Numbered from the whole stretch's first letter, positions 49,373 through 60,082 are shown. The stretch: DNA of 62,612 nt, filler included, from Candidatus Rokuibacteriota bacterium (GCA_031406795.1; 4 parts of 4 records of this genome joined end to end with filler, not necessarily neighbours in it), one strand, 5' to 3'. A program made the numbers and translations. The notes: generated by a model from the letters alone, not told the origin.

Positions 49373-50719
49373 TCAGCCGCACCGCGCGGCGACCAGGTCG
49401 CCGGCCGCGGTCCGGCCCTCGAGGGACAGGAAGCCCGCCCCGGTGATGTGAACCTGCACGAAGTCCCGGGGGGGTATCGCCCCCGCGGCCGGGAAATTCA
49501 CGATGCGGTTGGCGCGGGTGCGTCCCTTCCAGGCCGCGGCGTCGCGGCGGCTCGGGCCTTCGACGAGCACCTCGACCGTCCGACCGATCTGGCCGGCGTT
49601 GCGGGCCTCGGTGATCTCGCGCTGCAGGGCCTGCACGGCGATCAGACGCCGGGTCTTCTCGTCGGCCGCGACGCCATCGCTCATGGTGCTGGCCGCCGTG
49701 CCCTCGCGCGGCGAGTACTGGAACGAGAAGATGCCGTCGAACCGGAACTCCGCCAGCGCCTGCATGGTGCCGTCGAAATCCGCGGCGCTCTCGCCCGGAA
49801 AGCCGACGATGATGTCGGTCGTCACCGCGACCTCCGGGACGGTCTCGCGCAGCTCGCCGAGGATCCGGCGGTAGCGCTCCAGGGTGTAGCCCCGGTTCAT
49901 GCGCCCGAGAACGGCGTCGGCGCCGGCTTGCAGCGGCAGGTGCACGGCCTCGCAGACCGAGGGCAGATCGCGCACCGCGCGCATCAGACCGGTCGAGAAG
50001 TCCTTCGGGTGCGACGTGGTGAACCGGACCCGCGGGACGCCGCAGCTGCCGTCGATCGCGCGCAGCAGCCCGGCGAAATCGGCGGGCGGGGCCAGCCCGC
50101 GGCCGTACGAGTTGACGTTCTGACCGAGCAGGGTCACCTCGCGGTAGCCGTCGCGCCCGAGCGCCGCAACCTCGGCGAGAACCTCCGCCGGCCTGCGGCT
50201 GCGCTCGCGCCCGCGGACCAGCGGGACGACGCAATAGGCGCAGTGATTGTTGCAGCCGAACATGACATTGGTCCAGGCCTTGATCCGACTCGCGCGAAGC
50301 GGCGCGGCGGGGTGCTCGCCGGCGCTGGTCTCCTCGGTGTCGACCTCCGGCCGTCCCGTGGCCCGCACCCGCTCGAGCAGCGCCGGCAGCCCGGCCAGGC
50401 GCGCCGTGCCGACGACGGCATCGATCGCCGGCGCGCGCGCCAGCACCCCGGCGCCGAGTTTCTGTGCGACGCAGCCGGTGAGCACCAGCAGCGTTCCCGG
50501 GCGTCGACGCTTGAGCTGCCCGAAGCGGCCGGCCAGGCTGAAGGCTTTCTGCTCGGCCTTGTCACGGATGCTGCAAGTGTTGACCACGATGACGTCCGCC
50601 TCTTCGGGCGAAACGGCAAGCCGGTACCCCTCGGCGCACAGCATGCCGGCCATCTTCTCGGAGTCGGCCTCGTTCATCTGGCAGCCGAGCGTCTCGAGCC
50701 ACACGGATCTCGATTGCAT
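49373..50719 (-). CDS. miaB: tRNA-i6A37 methylthiotransferase
   Basis: GCQMN, NTCSIR, CNNHCAYC, TDIIVGFPGE, TRAM domain. Confidence 0.95.
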   Translation of the reverse strand: MQSRSVWLETLGCQMNEADSEKMAGMLCAEGYRLAVSPEEADVIVVNTCSIRDKAEQKAFSLAGRFGQLKRRRPGTLLVLTGCVAQKLGAGVLARAPAIDAVVGTARLAGLPALLERVRATGRPEVDTEETSAGEHPAAPLRASRIKAWTNVMFGCNNHCAYCVVPLVRGRERSRRPAEVLAEVAALGRDGYREVTLLGQNVNSYGRGLAPPADFAGLLRAIDGSCGVPRVRFTTSHPKDFSTGLMRAVRDLPSVCEAVHLPLQAGADAVLGRMNRGYTLERYRRILGELRETVPEVAVTTDIIVGFPGESAADFDGTMQALAEFRFDGIFSFQYSPREGTAASTMSDGVAADEKTRRLIAVQALQREITEARNAGQIGRTVEVLVEGPSRRDAAAWKGRTRANRIVNFPAAGAIPPRDFVQVHITGAGFLSLEGRTAAGDLVAARCG

Positions 50720-50876
50720 AAGTTGGTCATGATACCTCAAGGCCGGAAGCTGCGTAAAGCTCCGATTCGATGGCTAAAGGCCGGCGAGGCGCCCGGCCGG
50801 CGCTGACCCGGCGCCGTTGGCGTTGGCGCCGTTGCTTGACGCCCTCCCCACACGCTGGTAGGTTCATGGCAAGCAC

Positions 50877-52634
50877 ATGCTGGTAAACGCGAACAGTCGG
50901 TGGAATCTTCTCAAGCCCCCGCAGGACGCCGTCGACCGACTCGCGGCCGAACTGGGCCTGTCCGCGACGCTGGCCACGGTCCTTGCCAACCGTGGCGTCA
51001 CCGAACCGGCCGCGGCCAGCGACTTTCTCGAACCCGCGCTCTCGCGTCTGCACGATCCGCTCGCAATGCGCGGCATGGCGGACGCCGTCTACACCGTCGC
51101 CCGCGCCGTGCGCGATGGACGGCGGATCCTCGTCTGGGGCGATTACGATGTGGACGGCGTCACCGGCGCCGCGCTCCTGGTCGATTTCCTGCGCCGGCAC
51201 ACACCCGCGGTCGGTTACCACATCCCGCACCGCATCGACGACGGCTACGGGCTCGACGGGACGGCCGTTCGCCGGCACGCGGCCGCCGGCGTCACGCTGA
51301 TCATCACCGTGGACTGCGGCATCTCGAGCTGCGCCGAAGTCCGCGAGGCGCGCGCGCTGGGGGTCGACGTCGTCATCACCGACCACCACGAACCCCCCGC
51401 CGAACTGCCCCCGGCCAACGCGGTCCTCAACCCCCGGCGCCAGGGGTGCGGCTATCCCTTCAAGAGCCTGGCCGGCGTCGGCATCGCCTTCAAGCTCGCG
51501 CAGACCCTGGCACGGCTGATCGGGCCCGGGGCGCACCCGCGCGACGACGAGCGGCTGCTCTCCTACCTCGACCTCGTCGCCCTCGGCACCGTGGCGGACA
51601 TCGCCCCGCTGCTCGGCGAGAACCGGGTGCTGGTGCACCACGGGCTCGAGACCCTCGGCAACAGCCCGCGCCCGGGGGTGCGGGCGCTCCTGGAGACGGC
51701 CAGGATCGAAAAGCGCCCCCTGCGCGCATCCCAGATCGGCTTCGGGATGGGGCCGCGGATCAACGCCGCAGGGCGACTCGACCGCGCCGACACGGCCGTC
51801 GAACTCTTTCTCACCGGCGATTTGCGGCAGGCGCGCCAGCTCGCCGACCTGCTCGAGCGGCTGAACCACAGACGCCGGGAGATCGAGGCGCAGATCCGCG
51901 AGGAGGCGGTGCGGCTCGTCGAGACGGCGCCGGGGATGCTCGGCGACAGCACGCTGGTACTCGCCGATCCGGGGTGGCACCCCGGCGTCATCGGGATCGT
52001 CGCGGCGAAGATCGCCGAACGCTTTTCCCGCCCCGCGCTGCTGATTTCCACCGGGCGCGAACCCGGCAAGGGCTCGGCGCGCAGCGTCCCGGAGATCGAT
52101 CTTTATCCGCGTCTCGACGCGAGCCGGCGCCTGTTCACGTCGCTCGGCGGCCACTCGCACGCCGCGGGTTTTTCAATCCCCGAGGCGAACATTGCCGCCC
52201 TGCGTCGCGAGCTCAACCGCGACGCCGCCGGCGGGGTCCAGCTGCCGCCGGCCAGGCAGGGCATCCAGATCGACGCCGTGGTGAACTTCAAGGACCTCGC
52301 CCCCGGCCTGGGCCTCGAATTGCGGCGGCTGGCGCCTTTCGGCCAGCACAACCCCGAACCGACGTTCGCCACCCGCGACGTGCGCCTGGTGCAGCCCCCG
52401 CGCACCGTGGGCAACAACCACCTCCGTCTGACCCTGGTGCAGCGCTCCCGGGGGGCGGAGCGCACCGCCCTGCACCGGCACTCCTTCATCGGCTTCAATC
52501 TCGGCGCCCGGGCCAACGACCTCGCCGGCGGCATGAGCGTCGACGTCGCCTACGACCTGGATCTCGAGGGCGGCTCCTACGGTTCCTGGGAGCGATTTCG
52601 CCTCCGCGACATCGCCGCCGCTTCGGCGCCGTGA
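50877..52634 (+). CDS. recJ: ssDNA exonuclease RecJ
   Basis: GDYDVDG, VDCG, TDHH, PRINAAGR, GGHSHAAG. Confidence 0.95.
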   Translation: MLVNANSRWNLLKPPQDAVDRLAAELGLSATLATVLANRGVTEPAAASDFLEPALSRLHDPLAMRGMADAVYTVARAVRDGRRILVWGDYDVDGVTGAALLVDFLRRHTPAVGYHIPHRIDDGYGLDGTAVRRHAAAGVTLIITVDCGISSCAEVREARALGVDVVITDHHEPPAELPPANAVLNPRRQGCGYPFKSLAGVGIAFKLAQTLARLIGPGAHPRDDERLLSYLDLVALGTVADIAPLLGENRVLVHHGLETLGNSPRPGVRALLETARIEKRPLRASQIGFGMGPRINAAGRLDRADTAVELFLTGDLRQARQLADLLERLNHRRREIEAQIREEAVRLVETAPGMLGDSTLVLADPGWHPGVIGIVAAKIAERFSRPALLISTGREPGKGSARSVPEIDLYPRLDASRRLFTSLGGHSHAAGFSIPEANIAALRRELNRDAAGGVQLPPARQGIQIDAVVNFKDLAPGLGLELRRLAPFGQHNPEPTFATRDVRLVQPPRTVGNNHLRLTLVQRSRGAERTALHRHSFIGFNLGARANDLAGGMSVDVAYDLDLEGGSYGSWERFRLRDIAAASAP

Positions 52635-54409
52635 ACCGCGTGCAGCCGAGCAGCCGCATCAGGATCCTCCCCGAGGAGACGATCAACCGCGTTGCGGCCG
52701 GCGAGGTGGTCGAGCGCCCCGCCGCCGCGCTCAAGGAGCTGCTCGAGAACAGCGTCGACGCCGGCGCCGCGCAGATCAGCGTCGAACTGGCGCGCGCCGG
52801 CGTCAGCCTGATCCGGGTCGCCGACGACGGCGGCGGGATGTCCCGGGACGATCTGCTGCTCGCGATCGAGCGGCACGCCACCAGCAAGATCGCCGCGGTC
52901 GAAGACCTCGCGGCCGTGGCGACCTTCGGTTTCCGCGGCGAGGCGCTGCCGAGCATCGCCGCGGTCGCGCGCCTGCGGATCGAGTCCCGCGCGCGCGGCG
53001 CCGCGGAGGGGACGCGCCTGGAAGCCGACGGCGGCCGCATCCTGCGCGTCGTCCCCTGCGGCTGCCCCGAGGGGACGCTGATCGAGGTGCGCGATCTCTT
53101 CCACTCGGTGCCGGCCCGCCTGAAATTCCTGCGCTCGGAGGCGACGGAGCTCGGGCACTGCCTCCAGGTCGCCTCCCGGCTCGCCCTCGCCTGCCCCGGC
53201 GTCGGCCTGACCCTGCGCCATGGCGGCCGGGAGCTGCTGCGCCTGGCCCACACCGGGGACCCCGCCGCCCGGCTGCGCGCGTATCTCGACCGGGAGTTCT
53301 TCGCGGGCCTCCTCCCGGTGCGGGGCGCCGGCGAGGCCTGCTCCGTTTCGGGTTTCGTCTCGCGCCCCGGAGCCGGTCGGCCGGGTGCCGAGAACCAGCA
53401 GCTCTTCGTCAACGGCCGCCCCGTCCGCGACCCCTCGCTGGCGCAGGCGTTGCGCGAGACCTGCCGCGACCACTTCCTCCAGGAGCGCTGCGGCGTCTCG
53501 TACTTCCTCTGGCTGCAGCTGCCCCCGCAACTCGTAGATGTGAACGTGCACCCGACCAAGCGCGAAGTCCGTTTCCGCGATCCCCTGGCCGTTCGCGCCG
53601 TCGTCGGCATGGCGCTGCGCGAGGCGCTGCGCGCGGACGGTTCGCTGCGTCTTCCCGCCTTCCCTGCGCGATCCGGCGCCGCTGCCTCCCCGCCCTCTTC
53701 GCCCTCCCCGCCCGACTGCGAGGCGCCGCCACCGCCCGCGCTGGCCGCCGAACCGGGCGTCGCCAGCGACTACACCGTGACGCCACCCCGGCAGCCGCAG
53801 CTGCCTCTCGGACCGGATCGCCCCGCCGCGGCGCCGGCGGCTCCCTCGCCCGAGACGCTGCAGCTCTTCGGAACCTATCTCGTCTGCCCCACCGCCGAGG
53901 GACTGATTCTGGTGGATCAGCACGCAGCGCACGAGCGCGTCCTGTACGAGCGATTCCTCGCGCGCCGGGCAGACGCCGCCTGCCAGCACCTGCTCGTGCC
54001 CGTGCTCTTCGACACCGCCCCCGGTGAAGAGGAGACGCTCGAGACGCTGCGCTCCGCACTCGACGCGCTCGGCGTGGTTGTCGAACCGATCGGACCGCGC
54101 GCCTGGCGGTTGCTCGCGCTGCCGCCGGAACTCGACGAGGCCGGTGCCCTGACGTTCATGCGCGAGCTGCTGGCGCTCGCGCTCGCCGGAGAAGCGCCCG
54201 CGCGGGTCGAGGACTTCCGCCACCGCGCCGCCGCCGTGCTGGCCTGCCACACGGCGATCAGGGCCAACCAACGCCTCGGGCCCGGCGCAATCGACGCGCT
54301 ACTTTCCGACCTCGCCGGCACCGGCACGCCCGCGGCCTGCCCGCACGGGCGGCCCACGAGCATCACGATCGACCGTGACGAAATCGAGCGGCGCTTCAAG
54401 CGCACCTGA
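52631..54409 (+). CDS. mutL: Mismatch repair endonuclease MutL
   Basis: AAGEVVERP, RHATSK, FGFRGEAL, DQHAAHER, CPHGRP. Confidence 0.96.
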   Translation: MNRVQPSSRIRILPEETINRVAAGEVVERPAAALKELLENSVDAGAAQISVELARAGVSLIRVADDGGGMSRDDLLLAIERHATSKIAAVEDLAAVATFGFRGEALPSIAAVARLRIESRARGAAEGTRLEADGGRILRVVPCGCPEGTLIEVRDLFHSVPARLKFLRSEATELGHCLQVASRLALACPGVGLTLRHGGRELLRLAHTGDPAARLRAYLDREFFAGLLPVRGAGEACSVSGFVSRPGAGRPGAENQQLFVNGRPVRDPSLAQALRETCRDHFLQERCGVSYFLWLQLPPQLVDVNVHPTKREVRFRDPLAVRAVVGMALREALRADGSLRLPAFPARSGAAASPPSSPSPPDCEAPPPPALAAEPGVASDYTVTPPRQPQLPLGPDRPAAAPAAPSPETLQLFGTYLVCPTAEGLILVDQHAAHERVLYERFLARRADAACQHLLVPVLFDTAPGEEETLETLRSALDALGVVVEPIGPRAWRLLALPPELDEAGALTFMRELLALALAGEAPARVEDFRHRAAAVLACHTAIRANQRLGPGAIDALLSDLAGTGTPAACPHGRPTSITIDRDEIERRFKRT

Positions 54410-55352
54410 GCCGGGCGCGCCGGCACCGGTCGCGCTCGTCGGCGCGACGGCCACCGGAAAGACCGCCGTCGGGATACTCGTCGCCGAGGCGCTCGGCACC
54501 GAGATCATCGGCTGCGACTCCCGTCAGGTCTACCGGCGTCTCGACATCGGCTCCGCGAAGCCGACACCAGCCGAGCGACGGCGCGTCCGTCACCACCTGG
54601 TCGACGTCGCGGACCCCGACGAGCGCTACAGCGCCGCCAGCTACCAGGCGGCGGTGGCGGCGCTGCTGCCGTCGTTCGCCGCCCGCGGTTGCGCTCCGCT
54701 TTTCGTCGGGGGCACCGGACTGTATCTGCGGGCGGCCCTCGAGGGGCTCTGCCCGGCGCCGGCGGCAGACCCGGGCCTGCGCCGCTGGATCACCGCGATC
54801 GGCCAGTCGCTCCCCGGTGGACTGCACGCGCTCCTCGCGCACGTCGACGCGGCGGCGGCCGCACGCCTCCACCCCAACGACGGCTTCCGGCTCAACCGCG
54901 CGCTCGAGGTCTATTTCCTCTCGGGCCGGACGCTCACCGAACACCACCGGCGGCACCGCCAGCAGAGCCCGGCGCCGGCGGTCCGCGTCTTCGCGATCGA
55001 CCTGCCGGGCGCGGAGATCCGGCGGCGGATCAATCTGCGGTTGGACGTGATGATGGCGGCCGGTTTCCTCGAGGAGGCCCGCACGCTCCTCGAAGAAGGC
55101 GTCGATCCCGGTCTGCCCGCGCTGCGGGCCGTCGGTTACCCCGAACTCTTCGCGCATCTGCTCGGGGAGACGACGCTCGGCGCGGCCCTCGAGGCGATCC
55201 GCCGGGCCTCCTGGCAGTACGCCCGGCGGCAGCTGACCTGGTTCCGCGCTCAGCGTCGGCTGACCTGGATCCCGGCCGCGGCCGACATGGCCGCAGCGGA
55301 CGTCGCCGGCGTCATACTTCAACACCTGAGCGAAAAGAGGTGGGCACCATGA
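54375..55352 (+). CDS. miaA: tRNA dimethylallyltransferase
   Basis: GATATGKT, DSRQVY, GGTGLY, YARRQLTW; exact start uncertain. Confidence 0.93.
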   Translation: MTKSSGASSAPEPGAPAPVALVGATATGKTAVGILVAEALGTEIIGCDSRQVYRRLDIGSAKPTPAERRRVRHHLVDVADPDERYSAASYQAAVAALLPSFAARGCAPLFVGGTGLYLRAALEGLCPAPAADPGLRRWITAIGQSLPGGLHALLAHVDAAAAARLHPNDGFRLNRALEVYFLSGRTLTEHHRRHRQQSPAPAVRVFAIDLPGAEIRRRINLRLDVMMAAGFLEEARTLLEEGVDPGLPALRAVGYPELFAHLLGETTLGAALEAIRRASWQYARRQLTWFRAQRRLTWIPAAADMAAADVAGVILQHLSEKRWAP

Positions 55353-56647
55353 GCACCAACCATCCGGGAACACTGTACGAGAAGGCGGTGCTCGTCGGTT
55401 TGCAGCTGCGCGGGCGCGCCGCGTGGGACCTGGAGGAGTCGCTCGCCGAACTCGGGCGGCTCGCCGTTTCGGCCGGCGCGGAAGTCGTCGGCACGTTTTA
55501 CCAGCGCCGGGACCGTCCCGACCCCGCTCTGCTGATCGGCAGCGGCAAGGCCGCCGAACTCGCGGAGTTGCTCAGGGAGAGCGGCGCGAACCTCGCGCTG
55601 TTCGAGCACGAATTGACCCCGGGGCAGGAGCGCAATCTGGGCAAGGTCCTCGCCACCAAGGTGCTCGACCGCACGGATCTGATCCTCGACATCTTCGCTC
55701 AGCGCGCCCGCTCCCGCGAAGGACGGCTCCAGGTCGAGGTCGCGCAACTGGCGCGGCTGCTCCCGCGCCTCGTCGGCAAAGGCCTGGAACTCTCCCGCCT
55801 CGGCGGGGGAATCGGCACCCGCGGCCCTGGCGAGACCAAACTCGAGGCCGACCGGCGCCGCGTGCGCGACCGTCTCACCGCCCTTCGCCAGCGCATCGCC
55901 GCGCTCGGGCGGCACCGGGCGCTCTACCAGCGCCGGCGGCGCAAGGCGCCGATCCCCGTCGTCGCGCTCGTGGGCTACACCAACGCCGGCAAGTCGACGC
56001 TGCTCAACGCCCTCTCCGGCAGCAGCGTCGTCGTCGAGGACCGGCTCTTCTCGACGCTCGACCCGACCACCCGACGCATCGCGCTGCCGGGCGGCGGCGC
56101 CTTCGTGCTGACCGACACGGTCGGTTTCATCAGACATATCCCCCCGCAGCTGACCGCCGCCTTCACCGCCACGCTCGGCGAACTGCACGAGGCCGACCTG
56201 CTCCTGCACGTGACCGACATCAGCCACCCCGCGCACGAGGAACAACGGGAAACCGTGCTCGCCTACCTGCGTGAACTCGACCTGGCGCACCTTCCGCGTC
56301 TGGAGATCTACACCAAGATCGACCGTCTGCCACCGGAAGATCCGCTGCGCGCCGGCACGGCGGCGAGCGCGGCGGTCGCCGTCTCCGCCGCGACCGGCGA
56401 GCGGCTCGACGTTCTGCTGGCGCGGATCGAGGCGCTGCTCTCGTTCGGCGGCGAGCGGGAATTTCTCGTCCCTTACGAACACCTCGGGGTTCTGACCCGC
56501 CTGCGGGCCGAGGGGCGGGTTCTCGGCGAGGCGGCACAGCCCGAAGGGTTGCGCGTGCGGGTGCGCTGCGACGACGCCGCGGCGGCGCGCCTGGCGCGCG
56601 CACTGGCACTGCCTCGCGGCGCGCGCCAGGGCCCTGTCATCCACTGA
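55349..56647 (+). CDS. hflX: GTPase HflX
   Basis: ILDIFAQRA, RGPGETKLE, GYTNAGKS, DTVGF. Confidence 0.96.
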   Translation: MSTNHPGTLYEKAVLVGLQLRGRAAWDLEESLAELGRLAVSAGAEVVGTFYQRRDRPDPALLIGSGKAAELAELLRESGANLALFEHELTPGQERNLGKVLATKVLDRTDLILDIFAQRARSREGRLQVEVAQLARLLPRLVGKGLELSRLGGGIGTRGPGETKLEADRRRVRDRLTALRQRIAALGRHRALYQRRRRKAPIPVVALVGYTNAGKSTLLNALSGSSVVVEDRLFSTLDPTTRRIALPGGGAFVLTDTVGFIRHIPPQLTAAFTATLGELHEADLLLHVTDISHPAHEEQRETVLAYLRELDLAHLPRLEIYTKIDRLPPEDPLRAGTAASAAVAVSAATGERLDVLLARIEALLSFGGEREFLVPYEHLGVLTRLRAEGRVLGEAAQPEGLRVRVRCDDAAAARLARALALPRGARQGPVIH

Positions 56648-56766
56648 TCTAAGGAATTACTAAAGCTCAGCATTATTTGTCTCTGGACACCCGCTTGGTG
56701 TTTGTGTACGGTAATCGGCATGTTGAACCGTGAGCGGGAAATTGTCCGCACGGTAGTGGTTCGACT

Positions 56767-56866
56767 NNNNNNNNNNNNNNNNNNNNNNNNNNNNNNNNNN
56801 NNNNNNNNNNTTAATTAATTAANNNNNNNNNNNNNNNNNNNNNNNNNNNNNNNNNNNNNNNNNNNN
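56767..56866. other. Artificial contig linker
   Basis: N run with TTAATTAATTAA. Confidence 0.99.
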
Positions 56867-56972
56867 TGACGCCCGCAAACGATTCCGCCGGGTTGTTGAC
56901 AACCCCGCTATGCCATGATACCTATACCGGCGATTTGACGAGCCCTTGCCAGGTTGAGGAGTTGAAGCGACG

Positions 56973-58250
56973 ATGAAGAAATCAGCAGCTTTGTTCCGCC
57001 GGGCTCAGCAAGTGATGCCCGGCGGCGTCAACAGCCCGGTCCGGGCCTTCCGTTCGGTCGGCGGGCATCCGCTGTTCATCGAGAAGGCCAAGGGGTCGAC
57101 GGTCACCGACGTGGACGGCAAGACGTATATCGACTACGTCTGCTCATGGGGCCCGATGATCGCCGGACACGCCCATCCCCGGGTGGTCGCGGCCGTCATC
57201 CGGGCCGCCAGGCTCGGTACCTCGTATGGCGCCGTCACCGAGGCCGAAATCACCCTCGCCACCATGGTGCGGGAGGCCTTCCCCTCGGTGGAGATGGTGC
57301 GCATGGTCAGCTCCGGAACCGAGGCGGTCATGAGCGCCGTGCGCCTCGCTCGCGCCGCAACCGGTCGCGACGACATCGTCAAATTCGAAGGCTGCTACCA
57401 CGGCCACTCCGACCAGATGCTGGTCAAAGCCGGCTCGGGCGCGCTGACTCTCGGCATGCCCGACAGCCCGGGTGTCCCCGCCGACCTCGCGAAGCACACG
57501 ATCAACCTGCCCTACAACGATCTTGCAGCGGTTGCTCGGCTGCTGCGTGCGCGCAAGGGGAAGATCGCCGCGGTCATCGTCGAGCCGGTGGCCGCCAACG
57601 CCGGCGTGATACTGCCGAAGGAAGGCTTCCTCCAGGGCCTGCGGCAATTGACCGCAGAGTACGGCGCCCTGCTGATCTTCGACGAGGTGATCACCGGTTT
57701 CCGGCTCGCACTCGGCGGCGCCCAGGAGTACTACGGCGTTTGTCCCGACCTGACCTGCCTCGGCAAGATTATCGGCGGGGGCCTGCCCGTCGGCGCCTAC
57801 GGCGGCCGGCGCGAGCTGATGTCCCTGGTCGCCCCTTCCGGACCCGTCTACCAGGCGGGCACGCTCTCCGGCAATCCCCTGGCGATGGCCGCGGGAATCG
57901 CCACGCTGACCCTGCTGCGCAAGAAAGGCGTCTACGAGAGCCTCGAACGCAAAGGCGCCTACCTCGAGGCCGGCACCGCCGCCAACCTGGCGAAGACGGG
58001 CGTCAAAGCGACCCAGAACCGCGTCGGCTCGCTCTCGTGCCTCTTCTTCGCCGGAGCGCCCGTCGTCGACTTCTGTTCGGCCAAGAACGCCGATGCGAAA
58101 AAATACGCCCGCTATTTCACAGGCATGCTCAAAGGCGGCGTTTACCTCGCACCCTCCCAGTTCGAGGCGTCGTTCATCTCGCTGGCACACCGCGAGGCCG
58201 ACCTGGACCGCACCCTCTTCGTGCAGCACCGGGTGTTGAAGGGCCTGTGA
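56973..58250 (+). CDS. hemL: Glutamate-1-semialdehyde 2,1-aminomutase
   Basis: PGGVNSPVR, SGTEA, GCYHGH, DEVITGFR, GKIIGGG. Confidence 0.97.
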   Translation: MKKSAALFRRAQQVMPGGVNSPVRAFRSVGGHPLFIEKAKGSTVTDVDGKTYIDYVCSWGPMIAGHAHPRVVAAVIRAARLGTSYGAVTEAEITLATMVREAFPSVEMVRMVSSGTEAVMSAVRLARAATGRDDIVKFEGCYHGHSDQMLVKAGSGALTLGMPDSPGVPADLAKHTINLPYNDLAAVARLLRARKGKIAAVIVEPVAANAGVILPKEGFLQGLRQLTAEYGALLIFDEVITGFRLALGGAQEYYGVCPDLTCLGKIIGGGLPVGAYGGRRELMSLVAPSGPVYQAGTLSGNPLAMAAGIATLTLLRKKGVYESLERKGAYLEAGTAANLAKTGVKATQNRVGSLSCLFFAGAPVVDFCSAKNADAKKYARYFTGMLKGGVYLAPSQFEASFISLAHREADLDRTLFVQHRVLKGL

Positions 58251-58495
58251 TGTCCGCACTCAAGGCGCGTGACGAAAAGCCCGTCCCCTTCGCGAAATAT
58301 CTCTCGAGCGCCTCCATCGGCATCGAGATGGGCGCGGCCCTGGTGGTGGGCATGGCGATCGGCTGGTTCATCGACCGGACTTTCAAGACCGGGCCCTGGT
58401 TCCTGGTGATCTTCACGGCGTTCGGCATCGTCGCCGGGTTCCGCAACATGATCGTGGCCGCGCGCAAGGCGGCCGCGGAGAGCAACCGGGAGTGA
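58250..58495 (+). CDS. atpZ: AtpZ/ATPase gene 1 family protein
   Basis: GWFIDR..PWFLVIF..G..AGF; coupled to hemL stop. Confidence 0.8.
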   Translation: MSALKARDEKPVPFAKYLSSASIGIEMGAALVVGMAIGWFIDRTFKTGPWFLVIFTAFGIVAGFRNMIVAARKAAAESNRE

Positions 58496-58869
58496 ACGCC
58501 GATCCCGTCGCGCGCATCGAGCGCACCGCCTGGGCGCTCGGCGCGCTCCTCGTCGCCGCGAGCGTGCTGCTGCGCTCGCCCAGCAGCACCGCCGGCGTCG
58601 CTCTCGGGGTTCTCGTCGCGGTGCTCAACTACCGCTACCTCGTGCGCTTCGCCCGCGCGCTTCTGGCCTCCGGCGCCCGCACGCTTCCGCGCGCCCGCTA
58701 CGCCCTGTATTTCCTCAAGTACGCCGTCAGCGGGGTGGCCATCGTGGCCGCCCTCAAGTATAGAGTCGCCGACCCCATTGCCCTGCTCGTCGGCGCCAGC
58801 GTCCTGCTCCCGGCGATTCTGCGGGAGTCGGCCGGCGGCGCCGTTGAACCCAGCAGCAAGGAGGCCTGA
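58492..58869 (+). CDS. atpI: ATP synthase subunit I-like protein
   Basis: Four hydrophobic helices directly upstream of atpB. Confidence 0.75.
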   Translation: MNADPVARIERTAWALGALLVAASVLLRSPSSTAGVALGVLVAVLNYRYLVRFARALLASGARTLPRARYALYFLKYAVSGVAIVAALKYRVADPIALLVGASVLLPAILRESAGGAVEPSSKEA

Positions 58870-58876
58870 GAGAGCC

Positions 58877-59626
58877 ATGCAGAGTTTCGAGTGGGTTGCC
58901 ATCATCCCCGGTATCAGCGCCATCCCGGCGCACGTCGTTCACGCGGCCATGGTGTTCCTCATCCTGACCGGGATGATCATGGTCGCCGGCCGCCGGCTGG
59001 CGAATCCCGGACTGGACATCGTGCCCGAACCCCGCCTGACGCTCGTCACCTTCTTCGAGGCGGCGTACGGCACGATCGAGAAACTCTGCGAAGAGAGCCT
59101 CGGCCACCACGGGCACCGGTACGTCTACCTCGTCGGGACGCTCGGGCTCTGGATCCTCTTCTCCAACCTGCTCGGCGTGATCCCCGGCTTCGTGCCGCCG
59201 ACGGACAACGTCAACACCAACTTCGCCTGTGCGGCAGTCGTCTTTCTCGCGACCCACTACTACGGTTTCAAATCTCACGGCGTGAAGTACCTCAAGCACT
59301 TCGTCGGCCCGACTCCCTGGCTGGCGCCGCTGATGATCCCGATCGAGCTCATCGGGCACCTGGCGCGGCCGCTCTCGCTCACCCTGCGTCTGTTCGGCAA
59401 CATGTTCGGCGATCACATGAACCTCATGGTCTTCGTCGGCATGATGATCGGGCTCACCAAGTTCATCCTCGCCGGTCCGGTGCCGTTGTGGATTCTTGCG
59501 CCGATCGCCCCGCTGGTCCCCATTGTGATCATCCTGCTGGGCATCTTCGTCTCGGTGGTTCAGGCCTACGTTTTCGTGCTGTTGACCATGAGTTACCTCT
59601 CCGGCTCCCTGGCGGAAAGCCACTAG
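58877..59626 (+). CDS. atpB: F0 ATP synthase subunit a
   Basis: SNLLGVIP, RPLSLTLRLFGN, QAYVF. Confidence 0.96.
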   Translation: MQSFEWVAIIPGISAIPAHVVHAAMVFLILTGMIMVAGRRLANPGLDIVPEPRLTLVTFFEAAYGTIEKLCEESLGHHGHRYVYLVGTLGLWILFSNLLGVIPGFVPPTDNVNTNFACAAVVFLATHYYGFKSHGVKYLKHFVGPTPWLAPLMIPIELIGHLARPLSLTLRLFGNMFGDHMNLMVFVGMMIGLTKFILAGPVPLWILAPIAPLVPIVIILLGIFVSVVQAYVFVLLTMSYLSGSLAESH

Positions 59627-59678
59627 GGAACCGGTGCCGCTGACGCGCAAAAGACCCTCGGGAAAGGAGGAATAAGAC

Positions 59679-60014
59679 ATGAACAAGAAACTCTTGATGA
59701 GCCTGGTCGGCTTGTCGCTGGCGCTTGCGCCCGCGATCGCATCGGCTTCCGAAGGCGCCGCCGCCGGCGGCGGCGAAGGCTTCATGAAGTTCTTCGCCAT
59801 CGCCATCGGCGCCGGTCTCGCGATCGGCCTCTCCGCGATCGGCGGCGGCCTCGGTCAGGGCAAAGCCGTGGCCGCGGCGCTTGAAGGCATCGCCCGCAAC
59901 CCGGGCGCCGCCGGCAAGATCACGACGCCGATGATCATCGGCCTCGCCATGATCGAGTCGCTGGTCATCTACGGCCTCGTCGTGGCGCTGATCCTGGTTT
60001 TCAAGATCGTCTAG
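59679..60014 (+). CDS. atpE: F0 ATP synthase subunit c with N-terminal leader
   Basis: [19 protein letters not shown]. Confidence 0.96.
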   Translation: MNKKLLMSLVGLSLALAPAIASASEGAAAGGGEGFMKFFAIAIGAGLAIGLSAIGGGLGQGKAVAAALEGIARNPGAAGKITTPMIIGLAMIESLVIYGLVVALILVFKIV

Positions 60015-60029
60015 GGTCGGTTGAAAGGC

Positions 60030-60063
60030 ACCCCGCCCGCGGGTCACCCCGGGCGGGGTTTTT
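60030..60063 (+). terminator. Intrinsic terminator after atpE
   Basis: ACCCCGCCCG...CGGGCGGGGT stem plus T run. Confidence 0.8.
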
Positions 60064-60082
60064 CATTCCGGGCGGGCGCCGC

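Noticed and set aside
56750-56766. GGTAGTGGTTCGACT at the contig end as a tRNA T-arm or IS terminal repeat
   Set aside because: Too short to support either call
59679-60014. Na+-coupled c-ring
   Set aside because: Q, E, S and Y are present but the Pro and Thr of the full signature are missing; ion specificity cannot be called
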